64,000 nt of DNA from Parasphingorhabdus sp. (lineage in GTDB: Bacteria > Pseudomonadota > Alphaproteobacteria > Sphingomonadales > Sphingomonadaceae): assembly GCF_036964675.1 (NCBI RefSeq), contig NZ_JBALTF010000003.1:5628-69627 (forward strand). Direction: 5' to 3'. The notes below the pieces were generated by a model, which saw only the letters and a list, made by a program, of their open reading frames with translations, had not been told where the DNA came from and made no database searches. Shown one piece after another: positions 10,497-20,815 of the stretch (the first letter of the stretch is position 1; each line of letters opens with the position of its first letter). A program made the translations under genes and the position numbers.

Positions 10497-10510
10497 TTGG
10501 TAACAGGTAC

Positions 10511-10822
10511 ATGGAAACGCAGAATATCCGCATCCGCTTGAAGGCATTCGACCATCGGGTTCTTGATCAGGCAACTGGTGATATCGCTGACACTGCACGC
10601 CGCACTGGCGCGCTCATCCGTGGACCGATACCATTGCCAACGCACATCGAAAAATTCACCGTAAACCGCGGGCCTCACGTTGATAAAAAGTCTCGTGAGC
10701 AGTTCGAGGTACGGACCTATAAAAGGTTGCTCGATATCGTGCAGCCTACGCCGCAGACGGTCGATGCTTTGATGAAGCTTGACCTTGCTGCTGGTGTGAA
10801 TGTCGAAATCAAGCTGGCCTGA
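10511..10822 (+). CDS. rpsJ: 30S ribosomal protein S10 (NusE)
   Basis: [28 protein letters not shown]. Confidence 0.99.
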   Translation: METQNIRIRLKAFDHRVLDQATGDIADTARRTGALIRGPIPLPTHIEKFTVNRGPHVDKKSREQFEVRTYKRLLDIVQPTPQTVDALMKLDLAAGVNVEIKLA

Positions 10823-11018
10823 GCCAATTGATTAGCGATGCCCGCCCAGGCGGGGATCCAGACGAACGACAGGATACCGCCGGTTTTCACCGGGCAGCGT
10901 CCTCCGTCTTGTTCCGAAATTTTCGGAACTATTACAGCCCGGACGGGGTGACGCATGACAATTTGGGCTGGCAAGCCGGACGAAATGGTTCGTTCGGCCT
11001 CTGTGAAGGAGATTGATC
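10823..11018 (+). promoter_or_regulatory. Structured rpsJ-rplC intercistronic RNA (candidate r-protein leader)
   Basis: Stem 10897-10908/10942-10954, pseudoknot-compatible CAGCCC(10935-40)/GGGCTG(10965-70), 10-bp hairpin 10975-10998 before the SD. Confidence 0.5.
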
Positions 11019-11867
11019 GTGCGTACAGGCGTGATCGCGAAAAAAATGGGGATGACCCGCTTGTTCCAGGAAGATGGTCGGCATGTGCCGGTTACCGTTC
11101 TTTCCCTGGAAGAATGTCAGGTTGTTGGCGCTCGTAATCAAGAACGTGATGGCTATTTTGCTGTCCAGCTTGGTGCAGGCCCCCGCAAAGCGAAAAATGT
11201 TAACAAGCCGCAGCGTGGAGCTTTTGCCAAGGCAGAAGTTGAACCAAAAGCGCGTGTTGCCGAATTCCGGGTTGATAGCGAAGATGCTTTGCTCCCCATC
11301 GGCGCTACCGTAACTGCTGACCATTTCATTGCCGGCCAGATGGTCGATATCCAGGGTGTTACCCAGGGTAAGGGCTTTGCTGGTGCGATGAAGCGTTGGG
11401 GTTTCGGCGGTATGCGCGCAACTCACGGTGTTTCCATCTCTCACCGTGCCCATGGTTCCACTGGTCAAAACCAGGATCCAGGCAAGGTTTTCAAGGGCAA
11501 GAAGATGGCCGGCCATATGGGTTCGAAAAACCGCACCCAGCAAAATCTGGAAATCGTCCGCACAGACGCCGATCGCGGTTTGATCTTTGTGCGTGGCAGC
11601 GTTCCCGGTTCAAAAGGTGGCTGGCTTCTCGTTAAAGATGCAGTGAAAACCGCTCTGCCCGAGGGCGTTCCATTCCCGGGTGCCCTGCGCCGCAATGCGG
11701 ATGAAACGGCAACGGAAGAAGCACCGGCAGGCATGATCGAAGCGGATGCAGAGATCGAAACGCCGGTTGGTCCAACCCATGCAGAAGTAGCCGAAGCGGC
11801 TGCAAAGCCAGCTGGCAAATTGGACGAAAAGTCTGATGCAGCAGATGACGCAGGGAAGGAGGGCTAA
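11019..11867 (+). CDS. rplC: 50S ribosomal protein L3 with acidic C-terminal extension
   Basis: GTG start 7 nt after AAGGAG; [23 protein letters not shown]. Confidence 0.98.
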   Translation: MRTGVIAKKMGMTRLFQEDGRHVPVTVLSLEECQVVGARNQERDGYFAVQLGAGPRKAKNVNKPQRGAFAKAEVEPKARVAEFRVDSEDALLPIGATVTADHFIAGQMVDIQGVTQGKGFAGAMKRWGFGGMRATHGVSISHRAHGSTGQNQDPGKVFKGKKMAGHMGSKNRTQQNLEIVRTDADRGLIFVRGSVPGSKGGWLLVKDAVKTALPEGVPFPGALRRNADETATEEAPAGMIEADAEIETPVGPTHAEVAEAAAKPAGKLDEKSDAADDAGKEG

Positions 11868-11870
11868 GCC

Positions 11871-12497
11871 ATGAAATTGAAAGTGATAACCCTCGACGCG
11901 AAAGCCAAGGGCGACATCGAATTGAACGATGACGTGTTCGGTATCGAAGCGCGTGCAGATATTCTTCACCGTGTCGTCAACTGGCAGCGCGAAAAAGCAC
12001 GTGGAACGGCTCGTCCGACCCGCGAGCGTTCGGACGTTGCTCGTACCGGCAAGAAATACGGCAATCAAAAAGGCGGCGGTACAGCTCGTCATGGCGATCG
12101 CCGTGCTCCGATCTTCATTGGTGGTGGTAAAGCCCACGGTGCCCGCAAGCGTGATTTCAACCCTTCGCTGAACAAGAAAGTTCGCGCTCTGGGTCTGAAA
12201 ATGGCGCTGAGCGACAAGGTCAAAAATGAAAAGTTGATCGTGCTTGAAAATATTGATCTGAAGGAAGCCAAGACACAAGCGCTTCTGGCCCAGATTGCAA
12301 AGCTCGGTTTTGGCCGGACGGCGCTGATCATGGACGGCGATGTGATAAACGAGGCTTTCTCGAAAGCTTCGAACAACATTCCTCTCGTCAACGTGATGCC
12401 AGCTGCTGGTGCCAATGTTTATGACATTTTGAACCATGAAACCCTGGTGCTGACGCGCGCAGCGGTAGAAAAGCTGGAGGCGCGCTTCAATGGCTAA
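11871..12497 (+). CDS. rplD: 50S ribosomal protein L4
   Basis: [17 protein letters not shown]. Confidence 0.98.
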   Translation: MKLKVITLDAKAKGDIELNDDVFGIEARADILHRVVNWQREKARGTARPTRERSDVARTGKKYGNQKGGGTARHGDRRAPIFIGGGKAHGARKRDFNPSLNKKVRALGLKMALSDKVKNEKLIVLENIDLKEAKTQALLAQIAKLGFGRTALIMDGDVINEAFSKASNNIPLVNVMPAAGANVYDILNHETLVLTRAAVEKLEARFNG

Positions 12498-12798
12498 AAA
12501 AGAAGCAGTCGATATTCGTCACTATGACGTAATTGTCGGCCCGCATATCACCGAAAAATCGACTTTGCTCAGCGAGCATAATGCTGTGGTGTTCAAAGTT
12601 GCGAACACCGCAACAAAGCCGCAGATCAAAGCCGCCATCGAGGCGTTGTTTGATGTTAAAGTCAAGAACGTCAACACGCTGGTGCAAAAGGGCAAGACCA
12701 AAAAGTGGAAGGGTCGCCCTTACACACGCAACGACATCAAGAAGGCTGTTGTCACTTTGGCCGAAGGCCAGACCATTGACATCACCACGGGAGTTTAA
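12490..12798 (+). CDS. rplW: 50S ribosomal protein L23
   Basis: PHITEKS..VNT..GKTK..KKAVVTL. Confidence 0.98.
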   Translation: MAKKEAVDIRHYDVIVGPHITEKSTLLSEHNAVVFKVANTATKPQIKAAIEALFDVKVKNVNTLVQKGKTKKWKGRPYTRNDIKKAVVTLAEGQTIDITTGV

Positions 12799-12804
12799 GG
12801 GCAC

Positions 12805-13641
12805 ATGGCATTAAAATCCTATAAACCGACAAGCCCCGCCCGGCGTGGTCTTATCCTGGTCGACAAGAGCGGCCTTTGGAAAGGCAAGCCTGTCAAAAAG
12901 CTTGTCGAAGGCAAGAACAAGACTGGCGGCCGGAACAACAAGGGCCATGTGACATCGCGCGGCATCGCCGGTGGTCACAAGCAAAAATATCGTCTCGTCG
13001 ATTTCAAGCGGCGCAAGTGGGATATGGCTGCGACGGTTGAACGGCTCGAATATGATCCGAACCGCACCGCCTTTATCGCACTTATCAAATATGAAGACGG
13101 AGAACTGGCCTATATCATTGCACCGCAGCGTCTCGACGTTGGCGACAGCGTGATCGCGGGTCAAAAGACCGACGTGAAGCCTGGCAACGCGATGCTCCTG
13201 TCGCAGATGCCGGTTGGTACGATCGTTCACAATGTCGAAATGAAGCCAGGCAAGGGCGGTCAGATCGCTCGCTCTGCTGGTGCTTATGTTCAGATTGTTG
13301 GTCGTGACCGCGGTATGATTATTGTTCGCCTGAAAAGCGGCGAGCAACGTTATCTGCGCGCCGATTGCATGGCAACCGTTGGTGCGGTTTCCAATCCGGA
13401 CAATTCGAACCAGAATTTCGGCAAGGCAGGCCGCACCCGTTGGAAAGGACGTCGTCCTCTTACTCGCGGTGTTGCGAAAAACCCAGTCGATCACCCGCAT
13501 GGTGGTGGTGAAGGTCGTACTTCCGGTGGCCGTCATCCAGTGACGCCATGGGGCAAGCCAACCAAGGGTGCTCGTACCCGTAGTAATAAATCGACTGACA
13601 AGATGATCATCCGGTCGCGTCACGCGAAGAAGAAGAGGTAA
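12805..13641 (+). CDS. rplB: 50S ribosomal protein L2
   Basis: [23 protein letters not shown]. Confidence 0.99.
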   Translation: MALKSYKPTSPARRGLILVDKSGLWKGKPVKKLVEGKNKTGGRNNKGHVTSRGIAGGHKQKYRLVDFKRRKWDMAATVERLEYDPNRTAFIALIKYEDGELAYIIAPQRLDVGDSVIAGQKTDVKPGNAMLLSQMPVGTIVHNVEMKPGKGGQIARSAGAYVQIVGRDRGMIIVRLKSGEQRYLRADCMATVGAVSNPDNSNQNFGKAGRTRWKGRRPLTRGVAKNPVDHPHGGGEGRTSGGRHPVTPWGKPTKGARTRSNKSTDKMIIRSRHAKKKR

Positions 13642-13643
13642 GC

Positions 13644-13919
13644 ATGGCTCGTTCCATCAAAAAAGGTCCATTTGTTGACCTCCACCTGCTGAAAAAAGCG
13701 CAGACTGCGCAGGAAAACAGTGTGCGTACGCCGATCAAGACCTGGTCGCGTCGTTCCACCGTATTGCCTGACTTCGTCGGCCTGACCTTCAGTGTTTATA
13801 ATGGCATGAAATTTATCCCGGTTTCGGTGAATGAAGACATGGTCGGTCACAAGCTTGGTGAGTTCGCGCCGACGCGCAGCTTTTACGGCCATGGCGCTGA
13901 CAAAAAAGGCAAGAAATAA
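13644..13919 (+). CDS. rpsS: 30S ribosomal protein S19
   Basis: [24 protein letters not shown]. Confidence 0.99.
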   Translation: MARSIKKGPFVDLHLLKKAQTAQENSVRTPIKTWSRRSTVLPDFVGLTFSVYNGMKFIPVSVNEDMVGHKLGEFAPTRSFYGHGADKKGKK

Positions 13920-14302
13920 TGGGTAAGGCATCATCACCCCGCCGTGTTGGCGACAATGAAGCTTTGGCTGTCGGCAATTCCATCCGTGGATCTGCCCAGA
14001 AGCTCAACTTGGTTGCACAACTGATCCGTGGCAAGAAAGCGGAAGACGCTTTGAACATCCTGTCCTTCTCGAAAAAGTCGATGGCAAAGGATGTCAGCAA
14101 GGTTCTCGCTTCAGCAATCGCCAATGCCGAGAATAATCATAATCTGGATGTTGACGCTTTGATCGTTCATGAAGCGAGCGTCGGCAAGTCAATCACGATG
14201 AAGCGCTGGAAAGCGCGTGCTCGTGGTCGTTCAGCCAAGATTATCAAGCCATTTAGCCGCGTTCGCATTGTCGTGCGCGAGCATGAAGAGGAAGAGGCGT
14301 AA
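13919..14302 (+). CDS. rplV: 50S ribosomal protein L22
   Basis: [15 protein letters not shown]. Confidence 0.98.
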   Translation: MGKASSPRRVGDNEALAVGNSIRGSAQKLNLVAQLIRGKKAEDALNILSFSKKSMAKDVSKVLASAIANAENNHNLDVDALIVHEASVGKSITMKRWKARARGRSAKIIKPFSRVRIVVREHEEEEA

Positions 14303-14304
14303 CC

Positions 14305-15006
14305 ATGGGTCAAAAGAGTAATCCTATCGGGCTTCGCCTGCAGATCAACCGGACCTGGGACTCTCGCTGGTATGCGGAAGGTTCCAATTATGGCGATCTC
14401 TTGATGGAAGACATCAAGATGCGCAAATATATCTTTGCTAGCCTGCCGCAGGCTGCGATTTCAAAGGTCGTGATCGAACGTCCGGCCAAGACTTGCCGCA
14501 TTTCGATCTATGCTGCACGTCCAGGCGTCATCATCGGCAAGAAAGGCGCGGATATCGAAAAGCTGCGTCGCAAGCTGAGCGACATGTCGTCCGGTGACGT
14601 CTCCTTGAACATCGTCGAAATCCGCAAGCCGGAAGTCGACGCGAAGCTGGTAGCGCAGGGCATCGGTGATCAGCTGATCCGCCGTGTGGCTTTCCGTCGC
14701 GCCATGAAGCGCGCGGTTCAGTCCGCTCTCCGTTTGGGCGCTGAAGGTATTAAAATTGTTTGTGGTGGCCGTTTGGGCGGCGCGGAAATCGCGCGGGTTG
14801 AATGGTATCGTGAAGGCCGCGTGCCGCTTCATACGCTGCGCGCCAATATTGACTATGCCGAGTTTGAAGCGCTTACTGCTTATGGCATTATCGGTATCAA
14901 GGTCTGGATTTTCAAAGGCGAGATATTGGGTCACGATCCAATGGCTCAGGATCGGCTGAATGTGGAAGCGCAAACTTCCGGCGTCCGCCCGCAGCACCAA
15001 CGTTGA
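14305..15006 (+). CDS. rpsC: 30S ribosomal protein S3
   Basis: [22 protein letters not shown]. Confidence 0.99.
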   Translation: MGQKSNPIGLRLQINRTWDSRWYAEGSNYGDLLMEDIKMRKYIFASLPQAAISKVVIERPAKTCRISIYAARPGVIIGKKGADIEKLRRKLSDMSSGDVSLNIVEIRKPEVDAKLVAQGIGDQLIRRVAFRRAMKRAVQSALRLGAEGIKIVCGGRLGGAEIARVEWYREGRVPLHTLRANIDYAEFEALTAYGIIGIKVWIFKGEILGHDPMAQDRLNVEAQTSGVRPQHQR

Positions 15007-15030
15007 TTTTTGAGGAATAGGTAGAGCATC

Positions 15031-15462
15031 ATGCTGCAACCCAAGAAACATAAGTTCCGTAAGGCTTTCAAAGGCCGGATTAAAGGAAAAGCGCCAGGCG
15101 GCTCTAGCCTGAATTTCGGCAGCTATGGCCTGAAAGCCATGGAGCCTGACCGGATTACTGCGCGTCAGATCGAAGCGGCTCGCCGTGCGATCACGCGTCA
15201 CATCAAGCGTCAGGGCCGGTTGTGGATCCGGATTTTCCCGGATGTGCCAGTATCCAAAAAACCTGCCGAAGTTCGTCAGGGTAAGGGTAAGGGCTCCGTA
15301 GAATATTGGGCTGCTCGGGTAAAACCAGGCCGGATACTGTTCGAACTGGACGGCGTTCCCGGACCGATTGCAGCGATCGCTTTCGAGCGGGCAGCGATGA
15401 AGCTCCCGATCAAGACAAAGGTTGTGGCCCGCCTCGGCGATACGTCACATCTGGAAGGTTAA
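15031..15462 (+). CDS. rplP: 50S ribosomal protein L16
   Basis: MLQPK..RQGKGKG..KLPIKT. Confidence 0.99.
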   Translation: MLQPKKHKFRKAFKGRIKGKAPGGSSLNFGSYGLKAMEPDRITARQIEAARRAITRHIKRQGRLWIRIFPDVPVSKKPAEVRQGKGKGSVEYWAARVKPGRILFELDGVPGPIAAIAFERAAMKLPIKTKVVARLGDTSHLEG

Positions 15463-15467
15463 GCTAG

Positions 15468-15686
15468 ATGAGCATGAAAACAGAAGATTTGCGGACCAAA
15501 ACCGACGATCAGCTCGAGACCGAACTGGGCGAACTGAAGCGCGAGGCATTTAACCTGCGTTTTCAGGCTGCGACCAATCAGCTCGAAAAACCAAGCCGGA
15601 CGCGGGAAGTGCGTCGCACGATCGCCCGGATCAAAACATTGCAGGCCGAGCGTTCGAACGCGGCTCCCGCAGAAGCTAAGGCGTAA
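15468..15686 (+). CDS. rpmC: 50S ribosomal protein L29
   Basis: FNLRFQ..RRTIARIKT. Confidence 0.97.
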   Translation: MSMKTEDLRTKTDDQLETELGELKREAFNLRFQAATNQLEKPSRTREVRRTIARIKTLQAERSNAAPAEAKA

Positions 15687-15695
15687 GGAACCGAT

Positions 15696-16058
15696 ATGCC
15701 AAAACGTATTCTCACCGGCACGGTTGTGTCAGACAAGGGCGACAAGACTGTTGTCGTCAATGTCGAACGCAAGGTGAAGCATCCGCTTTACGGAAAAATC
15801 ATCCGGCGCTCGAAGAAATATCATGCGCATGATGAGAACAATGAAATTAGCACGGGTGAAATCGTGCGCATCGAAGAAACGCGTCCGATTTCCAAGTTGA
15901 AGACCTGGAAAGTATTGGAGCGGGTCGGTGCAGCAGCCGGTTTGGCAACACCGACGGTAGGCGAGATTACGGCAAGTGATCCGAAGGACGAAAAGATCAA
16001 GGCGCCCGTGAAGCCAATCGTTGAGCCAGTGGTCGAAGCTACGCCAACTGGCGAATAA
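15696..16058 (+). CDS. rpsQ: 30S ribosomal protein S17 with 43-aa C-terminal extension
   Basis: [24 protein letters not shown]. Confidence 0.98.
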   Translation: MPKRILTGTVVSDKGDKTVVVNVERKVKHPLYGKIIRRSKKYHAHDENNEISTGEIVRIEETRPISKLKTWKVLERVGAAAGLATPTVGEITASDPKDEKIKAPVKPIVEPVVEATPTGE

Positions 16059-16139
16059 GTTTAGAATATCCCGGATCTGCCGGGGTGACGAAGTAGGAAA
16101 CGCCCGGTTTACCGGGTTTATGAAGAAGGAATTGGATCC

Positions 16140-16508
16140 ATGATCCAGATGCAATCGAACCTGGAGGTCGCTGACAATAGCGGCGCCAAACGTGTGCAGT
16201 GCATCAAGGTGCTGGGCGGCTCGAAGCGTCGCTTTGCCGGCGTCGGCGACATCATTGTCGTGTCGATCAAGGAAGCAGCACCGCGCGGCAAGGTCAAGAA
16301 GGGCGACGTTCACCGGGCGGTGATCGTGCGTACCAAGAAAGACATTCGCCGCAAGGACGGATCGGTCATTCGGTTCGACAGCAATGCTGCGGTTCTGGTC
16401 AACAACAACCAGGAGCCTATTGGCACCCGTATTTTTGGCCCCGTGGTTCGTGAACTGCGTGCGAAAAAGCATATGAAAATCATCAGCCTTGCGCCGGAGG
16501 TAATCTAA
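16140..16508 (+). CDS. rplN: 50S ribosomal protein L14
   Basis: [16 protein letters not shown]. Confidence 0.99.
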   Translation: MIQMQSNLEVADNSGAKRVQCIKVLGGSKRRFAGVGDIIVVSIKEAAPRGKVKKGDVHRAVIVRTKKDIRRKDGSVIRFDSNAAVLVNNNQEPIGTRIFGPVVRELRAKKHMKIISLAPEVI

Positions 16509-16510
16509 TC

Positions 16511-16834
16511 ATGGCCAATGCAAAGATCAAAAAAGGCGATACCGTCGTGATCCTGTCCGGCAAGGACAAGGGCAAGTCGGGTGAAGTCACCAAAGTGATG
16601 CCGAAAGATGGCAAGTGCATCGTTTCCGGTGTGAATATTGCTATCCGCCACCGCAAACCGACCCAGGCAAACCCGCAGGGTGGCCTCGAGCGGCGCGAAG
16701 CGGCGATGCATATCAGCAAAGTGGCTCTGGCTGACCCGAAAGACGGCAAGCCGACACGGGTCCGATTTGAAAAGGCAGAAGACGGAAAGATGCAGCGTTT
16801 CGCTGTAAAGTCCGGGGAGAAAGTCGATGGCTGA
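16511..16834 (+). CDS. rplX: 50S ribosomal protein L24
   Basis: KIKKGD..GKDKGK (KOW motif). Confidence 0.98.
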   Translation: MANAKIKKGDTVVILSGKDKGKSGEVTKVMPKDGKCIVSGVNIAIRHRKPTQANPQGGLERREAAMHISKVALADPKDGKPTRVRFEKAEDGKMQRFAVKSGEKVDG

Positions 16835-17414
16835 AAAAAAATATATTCCGCGCATGCGCACAAAATATGACGACGAAATCGTCAAAGCGATGCAGGAAAA
16901 GTTCAACTATTCCAATCATATGGAAGTCCCGCGGATCAGCATGATCACCATTAACATGGGCGTGGGTGAAGGCAGTCAGGACAAGAAAAAAGTCGCGACT
17001 GCTGCTTCAGAAATGGAATTGATTGCCGGCCAGAAGCCAGTGATTACAAAGGCGAAAAACTCGATCGCGACGTTCAAACTGCGGGAAGGCATGCCGATCG
17101 GCTGTAAAGTCAATCTGCGCCGGGAACGGATGTACGAATTTATCGATCGGCTCGTGACAGTAGCAATGCCACGTATCCGGGATTTCAGGGGTCTGAATCC
17201 GAAAAGCTTTGACGGTCGCGGCAATTTCGCCATGGGCCTGAAAGAGCAGATCATTTTCCCCGAAATCGCCTATGACAATATCGACGTTGTTCGTGGCATG
17301 GACGTGATTGTGACGACTACTGCAAAGACAGACGATGAGGCGCGTGCGCTTCTGGCGTTATTTGGTTTCCCGTTCCCTAAAGAGGAACAATCGGAAGAAA
17401 AAGAAGCCGCGTGA
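16827..17414 (+). CDS. rplE: 50S ribosomal protein L5
   Basis: [23 protein letters not shown]. Confidence 0.99.
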   Translation: MAEKKYIPRMRTKYDDEIVKAMQEKFNYSNHMEVPRISMITINMGVGEGSQDKKKVATAASEMELIAGQKPVITKAKNSIATFKLREGMPIGCKVNLRRERMYEFIDRLVTVAMPRIRDFRGLNPKSFDGRGNFAMGLKEQIIFPEIAYDNIDVVRGMDVIVTTTAKTDDEARALLALFGFPFPKEEQSEEKEAA

Positions 17415-17451
17415 GCGCGCTTCATTATACGGAAGGACGAGAACTTAAGTC

Positions 17452-17757
17452 ATGGCGAAACTGAGTTCCATTAACAGAAACGAAAAACGCAAACGGATGG
17501 TGAAGAAATACGCCGGCCGTTATGCGAAACTGAAGGCGATGGCAGCAGATCAGTCTCTTGACGAGACCGAACGTCTGATGGCGCGCCTCAAAATGGCGGA
17601 AATACCGCGCAATGCGAATCCAACTCGCGTGCGCAACCGCTGTGAAACCACAGGACGGCCGCGCGGTTATTACCGCAAGTTCCGCCTGTGCCGCATCGAG
17701 CTACGGGACATGGCCAATAAAGGTCTGATCCCTGGCGTAACGAAATCAAGCTGGTAA
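17452..17757 (+). CDS. rpsN: 30S ribosomal protein S14 (101-aa Zn-independent form)
   Basis: [21 protein letters not shown]; only two Cys. Confidence 0.98.
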   Translation: MAKLSSINRNEKRKRMVKKYAGRYAKLKAMAADQSLDETERLMARLKMAEIPRNANPTRVRNRCETTGRPRGYYRKFRLCRIELRDMANKGLIPGVTKSSW

Positions 17758-17769
17758 GGGAGAGATAAT

Positions 17770-18165
17770 ATGGCTTTTACCGATCCCTTGGGTGACATGC
17801 TCACCCGTATCCGTAACGGACAACAGGCACGCAAAGACAGCGTCGTAACACCTGCGTCCAAATTGCGTGGTGCCGTCCTCGAAGTGTTGCAGCGCGAAGG
17901 TTATATTCGCGGCTACAGCGAAGAAGAGGTCAACAAGCACCCCGGTTTGCGGATTGAACTGAAATATTTTGAAGGCCAACCGGCAATTCGCCACGTGGCC
18001 CGTGTTTCAAAGCCTGGTCGTCGCGTCTATAGCGGGTCGGAAGATCTGCCACGGGTTCGCAACGGCTTGGGCATAACAATCGTATCGACGCCACAAGGTG
18101 TTCTCTCTGACGCAGAAGCGCGTCAGGCGAAGGTCGGCGGCGAAGTACTGGCTGAGGTATTTTAA
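17770..18165 (+). CDS. rpsH: 30S ribosomal protein S8
   Basis: [20 protein letters not shown]. Confidence 0.99.
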   Translation: MAFTDPLGDMLTRIRNGQQARKDSVVTPASKLRGAVLEVLQREGYIRGYSEEEVNKHPGLRIELKYFEGQPAIRHVARVSKPGRRVYSGSEDLPRVRNGLGITIVSTPQGVLSDAEARQAKVGGEVLAEVF

Positions 18166-18167
18166 TC

Positions 18168-18701
18168 ATGTCCCGTATTGGCAAAAAATCAGTGGCTATT
18201 CCTGACGGCGTCACTGCCGTAATGGAAGATGGTCTGGTCAAGGTTAAAGGACCAAAGGGCGAGCTTTCGACCCCGATGGTTGATGATCTGACTTATGAAC
18301 TGGGCGACGGTGGTTTGCAGGTCAGGCCAGCAAACAGTTCCAGAACCGCTCGTGCATTCTGGGGAATGCAGCGTACATTGGTGCAGAATCTGGTTGACGG
18401 TGTCACCAGCGGCTTCACCAAGGTGCTGGAGATCAATGGTGTTGGTTATCGTGCCGCAGCTCAGGGGAAAAACCTCAATCTGCAGCTTGGTTACAGCCAT
18501 GATGTGAACTTCGCGATCCCAGACGGTATCGAGATCAAGACTCCCGATCAGACTACGATCGAAATCACCGGCATGGACAAACAGCAAGTTGGCCAGGTCG
18601 CTGCCGAAATACGCCGCTGGCGCAAGCCCGAGCCGTATAAAGGCAAGGGTATTAAATATCGCGGCGAATATATTTTCCGCAAAGAAGGGAAGAAGAAATA
18701 A
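18168..18701 (+). CDS. rplF: 50S ribosomal protein L6
   Basis: [18 protein letters not shown]. Confidence 0.99.
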   Translation: MSRIGKKSVAIPDGVTAVMEDGLVKVKGPKGELSTPMVDDLTYELGDGGLQVRPANSSRTARAFWGMQRTLVQNLVDGVTSGFTKVLEINGVGYRAAAQGKNLNLQLGYSHDVNFAIPDGIEIKTPDQTTIEITGMDKQQVGQVAAEIRRWRKPEPYKGKGIKYRGEYIFRKEGKKK

Positions 18702-18704
18702 GCC

Positions 18705-19058
18705 ATGGCGAACATTTCTCAGTTCAAACGGCGCCAGCAACGCGTACGCAGCAAATTGCGGAAGCGCGGGCTCTCAAAGCCTCGTTTGTCCGTGCATCGC
18801 ACGAGCCGGCATATTTATGCGCAGGTTATCGACGATGCCGAGGGCAAAACGCTGGCTTCCGCTTCGACCATCGACAAGGCGTCTACAGTCAAGACCGGTG
18901 CGGATAGCAATGCCGCTGCCGATGTTGGCAAGCGCGTTGCCGAAGCTGCCAAGAAGGCAGGCGTTAAAGAAGTAATTTTTGACCGTGGCGGGTTCCTGTT
19001 TCACGGACGTGTGAAGGCTCTGGCCGACGCAGCACGTGAAGGCGGATTGGAGTTTTAA
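18705..19058 (+). CDS. rplR: 50S ribosomal protein L18
   Basis: PRLSVHR..YAQVIDD..FDRGG. Confidence 0.98.
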   Translation: MANISQFKRRQQRVRSKLRKRGLSKPRLSVHRTSRHIYAQVIDDAEGKTLASASTIDKASTVKTGADSNAAADVGKRVAEAAKKAGVKEVIFDRGGFLFHGRVKALADAAREGGLEF

Positions 19059-19059
19059 T

Positions 19060-19830
19060 ATGGCTGATGAAAAAACAACACCAGAAGGCGCGGCACAGCC
19101 GGGCACCACTGGCGAAGGCAATCAGCCGGTAGCAGCTATCGCACCCGAAGCCAAAACCGGTGCACCAGAACGTCCAGGACGCGGTGGAAATCGCGGCGGC
19201 GGCGGCGGCGGTCGTGATAACCGCGGTGGCGGCGGTCGTGACAACCGTGGCGGCGGGCGTAATAATCGCGGTGGCCGCGGTAACAATGATGGCGGCGAAG
19301 AGCTGATCGAGAAATTGGTCCACATCAACCGCGTTTCCAAGACTGTTAAGGGCGGCAAGCGCTTTGGTTTCGCTGCATTGGTAGTTGTTGGCGACGGCAA
19401 GGGCCGCGCTGGTTTCGGTAAGGGCAAGGCGCGCGAAGTGCCTGAAGCCATTACCAAAGCAACGGCTGCTGCAAAAAAATCGATGGTTCGCGTACCACTG
19501 CGTGACGGTCGGACCCTGCACCATGATGGCACTGGCCAATTTGGCGCTGGCAACGTGACCGTTCGTTCGGCACCTGCGGGTACTGGTATTATTGCCGGTG
19601 GTCCAATGCGTGCCGTATTCGAAAGTCTTGGCGTTTCTGACGTTGTGACCAAGTCGAATGGTACAGCCAATCCCTACAATATGATCCGCGCAACTTTTGC
19701 CGCACTGGCAGATCAGTCGAGCCCGAAATCCGTGTCCCAGCGGCGCGGCAAGAAAATCACTGACCTGCTTGCACGTGCTGGCGGTTCGTCTGCTGAAGTG
19801 GCAGCAGATGCCGCGGCAGTTACGGAGTAA
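19060..19830 (+). CDS. rpsE: 30S ribosomal protein S5 with long RGG-rich N-terminal extension
   Basis: ATG 19060; [19 protein letters not shown]. Confidence 0.98.
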   Translation: MADEKTTPEGAAQPGTTGEGNQPVAAIAPEAKTGAPERPGRGGNRGGGGGGRDNRGGGGRDNRGGGRNNRGGRGNNDGGEELIEKLVHINRVSKTVKGGKRFGFAALVVVGDGKGRAGFGKGKAREVPEAITKATAAAKKSMVRVPLRDGRTLHHDGTGQFGAGNVTVRSAPAGTGIIAGGPMRAVFESLGVSDVVTKSNGTANPYNMIRATFAALADQSSPKSVSQRRGKKITDLLARAGGSSAEVAADAAAVTE

Positions 19831-19836
19831 TTTTTG

Positions 19837-20016
19837 ATGGCCAAAGTTAAAATCAAGCAGATTGGATCCCCGATCCGCCGTCCGGAAGTTCAGCGCAAAA
19901 CGCTGATCGGTCTCGGTCTGAACAAGATGCACCGTATTTCCGAACTGGAAGATACAGCAGAAGTGCGCGGCATGATCCGTAAAGTACATCATCTGGTGGA
20001 AGTTCTTGAAGGGTAA
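19837..20016 (+). CDS. rpmD: 50S ribosomal protein L30
   Basis: GSPIRR..LGLNKM..VRGMI. Confidence 0.97.
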   Translation: MAKVKIKQIGSPIRRPEVQRKTLIGLGLNKMHRISELEDTAEVRGMIRKVHHLVEVLEG

Positions 20017-20061
20017 AACCCGAGACTTCCGTGCGAATAAAAGCGAAAGCGAGTACAAGAC

Positions 20062-20616
20062 ATGAAATTAAACGAACTTAGAGACAATGAAGGCGCGCGC
20101 AAATCGCGCATGCGTGTTGGCCGGGGCATTGGCTCGGGCAAGGGCAAAACCGCCGGGCGTGGCCAAAAGGGTCAGAAATCCCGTTCCGGTGTAGCTATCA
20201 AAGGCTTTGAAGGCGGCCAGATGCCGCTTCACATGCGTCTCCCGAAACGTGGCTTTAACAACCCATTCGGCACTGACTATGCAGAAGTGAATTTGGGCAT
20301 GATCCAGAAGTTCATCGACAGCAAAAGTCTCGATGGCAAAGGCACGATCGATCACGCGACTTTGAAAGCTGCTGGTCTGGCTCGTGGTGGCAAGGATGGC
20401 GTCCGTCTGCTTGCCAAGGGCGAGTTGACCACGAAAATCACGATCACCGTTGCCGGTGCTTCAAAAGCTGCTGTTGCAGCGGTCGAAAAGGCGGGCGGAA
20501 CAGTTGAAATTCTTCCAGCGGGTGGCGAACGCCGACCAAAGGGCGAGAAAAAAGCTGTGGCTTCCAAGCCTGCGCGCGAGAAAAAAGCCTTGAACAAGGC
20601 GAAAAAGAACGATTGA
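20062..20616 (+). CDS. rplO: 50S ribosomal protein L15 with Lys-rich tail
   Basis: [19 protein letters not shown]. Confidence 0.98.
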   Translation: MKLNELRDNEGARKSRMRVGRGIGSGKGKTAGRGQKGQKSRSGVAIKGFEGGQMPLHMRLPKRGFNNPFGTDYAEVNLGMIQKFIDSKSLDGKGTIDHATLKAAGLARGGKDGVRLLAKGELTTKITITVAGASKAAVAAVEKAGGTVEILPAGGERRPKGEKKAVASKPAREKKALNKAKKND

Positions 20617-20621
20617 TCTTC

Positions 20622-20650
20622 AAGAGGCGCTAGTTTTAGCGCCTCTTTTT
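20622..20650 (+). terminator. Intrinsic terminator after rplO
   Basis: Perfect 11-bp stem AAGAGGCGCTA/TAGCGCCTCTT ending in a T run. Confidence 0.8.
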
Positions 20651-20815
20651 CTGGCCCCTTGTTTTTGATGCACTAACATCCGATATGGGGCGGGTTGCAT
20701 TTCTGCAAATGCAGATATTCATCTCCGGAGATTGCAACGATACGCAATAGTTGGAGATGGGCCTCTGCCTCCGCAGGGGCGCGTTGCAAACTAATAGTGG
20801 GCAGGGAAGTCAAGC

